This document shows positions 61,641 to 64,000 of a stretch of 64,000 bases of DNA, piece by piece (the stretch's first letter is position 1; the number at the start of each line of letters is the position of its first letter). The stretch is from an uncultured Nitrospinota bacterium. GTDB taxonomy: Bacteria > Tectomicrobia > Entotheonellia > J063 > CAVPRW01. The stretch spans positions 5,793 to 69,792 of the forward strand of contig CAVPRW010000004.1 in assembly GCA_963707985.1 (NCBI GenBank). Direction: 5' to 3'. The notes below the pieces were generated by a model, which was given only the letters and a program-made list of their open reading frames with translations, was not told where the DNA came from and did not search any database. Both the position numbers and the translations under genes were made by a program.

Positions 61641-64000
61641 CTATTTCTTCGGATAGGCGATTTTCGTCGTGCCGATGGTGCCGTTGAACGCGAACGGCGC
61701 CTGGTCGTAGTAGTCGAGCGACACGGGCGAACCGAGGTCGCTGCCGAGGTCGAGGCAGTCGTTCGAGGTGAAGTGGTATCCGGCAGTCAGCGGCACCTGG
61801 CCTTGCGCCACGATCTGGCCATTCACCTTCATGGTGATGTCCATCGGCCCACCGATCTTGGCGGTCAGCTTCGACTCGACCTCGATTTTCACCTTGCCGG
61901 TCGGCAGCTTGTCCTTGGCCCTGATCTTCGTGCGAGAGACCTCGAAGAGGTTGTATTCGTAGCTCAGCACGCCGTCCTTCACGTACACGGTGAGGCCGCC
62001 GGAGAACGCGCCGAAGGCGTAGAGCACGCCGTTGGCGTTGGCGGGCACATCCACTTCCATGCTGACCGTGTTGTCGAACTTGCCCAGTTTGGGCGCGGCG
62101 GTCTCCGGCACCCGGTTCATGGCGCCGGTGAAGGTCCATTCCGAGTATGGTGTGGCGGGCGCGTCCTCCGGGTGGAACATCACCGTGGACCACAGGCCGC
62201 CGCCGATGGGCAGGTTCTTGTTCTTGGTGGATTCGAGCAGGAAGAGGTCCTTCATCTGCGCGAGCTTTTCCGGCATCTTCGCGGCGAGGTCGTTGGCCTG
62301 GCTCCAGTCTTCGTCCAGGTTGTAGAGTTCCCACTTGTCCTTTTCGGGCGACCATTCGTGCGCGCCCTTCGGCACGCCGGACACCCACGGTTCGCGCGGG
62401 CCCATGGCGCTGGCAAACCAGCCGTCGTGGTAGATGCCGCGGCTGGCCATGATGTCGAAGAACTGCGTCTTCCGCCGGCCCGTGGCCTTCGCGTCGGCAA
62501 AGGTGTAGGCCATGCTGACGCCATCGATCGAATCCTGCTGGCACGCCGTTGACCACGCGCGGCGGGGTGATCTTCGTCAGTTCGTAAATCGTCGGCACGA
62601 TGTCGATGACGTGGTGGAACTGCGAACGCGGCGTGGCGTCGGGCTTGATGCCCTTGGGCCACGAGACGGCCATCGGCTGGCGGGTGCCGCCGAAGTGCGC
62701 ACCGACGAGTTTGGTGGACTTGTATGGGGTGCTGCCCGCCCAGGCCCAGCCGGCGTGATACATGTTGTCGGTCTTCGGCGAGCCGAGCGCATCGAGCCCG
62801 CCCAGTTCCTTCAAGGCTTCAAGGTGCTGGGAGATCTTGGTCGGAATCCCGTTCTGCGCGAGTTTCTCGCTGATGGTGCCGTTCAGGCCTTCGGCGGAGG
62901 AGCCGTTGTCGCCCCAGATGTAGAAGATGAGCGTGTTGTCCAGTTTCCCCTGCCGCTCGATTTCATCAATGATCCGTCCCGCGTTGTAGTCGGCGTGCTC
63001 GGTGAAGCCGGCGAAGACTTCCATGAGGCGGCGCTGGAAAGGTCTTTCATCCTCGGGGATCGATTCCCAGGAGGCCATGGTGGCGGGACGCGGCGTGAGT
63101 TGGGCGTTCTGTGGAATCCAGCCCTTCTCCTTGGCGCGCTTGAAGACGCGCTCGCGGTACGCGTCCCAGCCGTCGTCGAACTTGTCCTTGTATTTGTCGG
63201 CCCATTGCTTCATCACCTGGTGCGGGCCGTGCGATGCGCCCGGGGCCCAATACATGAGGAACGGCTTGTCCGGCGCGAAGGCCCGCTGTTCGCGCAGCCA
63301 CTTGATGGCGTCCTCCGCGATGTCCTCGGTGAGGTGGTAACCTTCGCGGTGTAACTCGTGCGGGCTCACCTGGGTGGTGTTGCGCACCATCTGCGGTTCA
63401 TACTGCGAGGCCTCGCCGGCGAGGAAGCCGTAGAAATACTCGAAGCCGTAACCGGTCGGCCAGTAGTCAAACGGCCCCTTGGAAGTGATCTGTTCCTCGG
63501 GCGTGTTGTGCCACTTGCCCCAGGCCCCGGTGTTGTAGCCGTAGTTCTTGAGCACTTCGGCGACGGTCGCCGACGATTTCGGGATGGTGCCGCTGAAGCC
63601 GTCGAAGTCGTTGGCCAGTGCGGCGATCTGGCCGTTACCGACGCGCGTGTGATTGCGCCCGGTCAGCAGCGCTGCCCGCGTGGGCGAGCACATGGCCGTG
63701 GAGTGGAAGCGGTTGTAGGAGACGCCTGTCTTCGCCACGCGATCGAGCGTCGGCGTGTTGATTTCGCCACCATAGGTCGAGGGCGTACCCGGCCCGACAT
63801 CGTCCATCAGGATGATGAGGATGTTCGGCGCGCCCTCGGCCAGGCGCTTTGGCTCGACGCGTTTCTTGTAGATGGAATCCTGCATCGTCAGCCCCGCAGT
63901 GGAGCCGGACGGTGCGGGTGGAAAGGGCAGGACTTCTTGTGCCGTCGCCGTTGCCGCGAACACCATGCCCAGCGCGAGGGTGAGGACGGATAGTCGCTTG
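61641..64000 (-). CDS. Arylsulfatase (Cys-type), start just outside the window; frameshift near 62525
   Basis: ILMDDVG, CSPTRAALLTGR, WGKWH, WGDNG, HFGGTRQP, ASRGIYHDGW; paralogue of 59142-61554. Confidence 0.9.

Overview
GC-rich bacterial chromosomal window. The expanded class III cyclase-STAND ATPase-TPR family and the lineage-typical small proteins suggest Ca. Tectomicrobia/Entotheonella; this is inference from gene content only. Left to right: two decayed IS relics with a degenerate attC-like site between them; DUF488; hemW; an addAB-like helicase/nuclease pair; a liv-type ABC operon interrupted by an AT-rich two-gene TA-like insert; a ~20 kb tract (18.2-38.7 kb) where six cyclase-AAA-TPR genes or fragments alternate with small TA-like modules and a dpp-type transporter; a second ABC substrate-binding protein; a P-loop ATPase/TPR pair; D-aminoacylase; an HTH-fused Ski2/HelY-like helicase; a DUF3300/DUF2950 envelope cluster; a wHTH-AAA-TPR regulator; a BASS symporter; and tandem arylsulfatases. 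I found no rRNA, tRNA or CRISPR array. Many genes carry single-base frameshifts, possibly long-read consensus errors, and several carry large internal deletions. The main unexplained signals are: (1) near-exclusive A:T->C:G transversion erosion of both IS relics, judged against family motifs recalled from memory; (2) the NLR-like cyclase-STAND array with a different TA-like module in almost every gap; (3) a free-standing polymorphic-toxin/immunity-like pair behind an HTH gene; (4) a perfect 60-bp palindrome. All family assignments come from motif recognition, not database searches.
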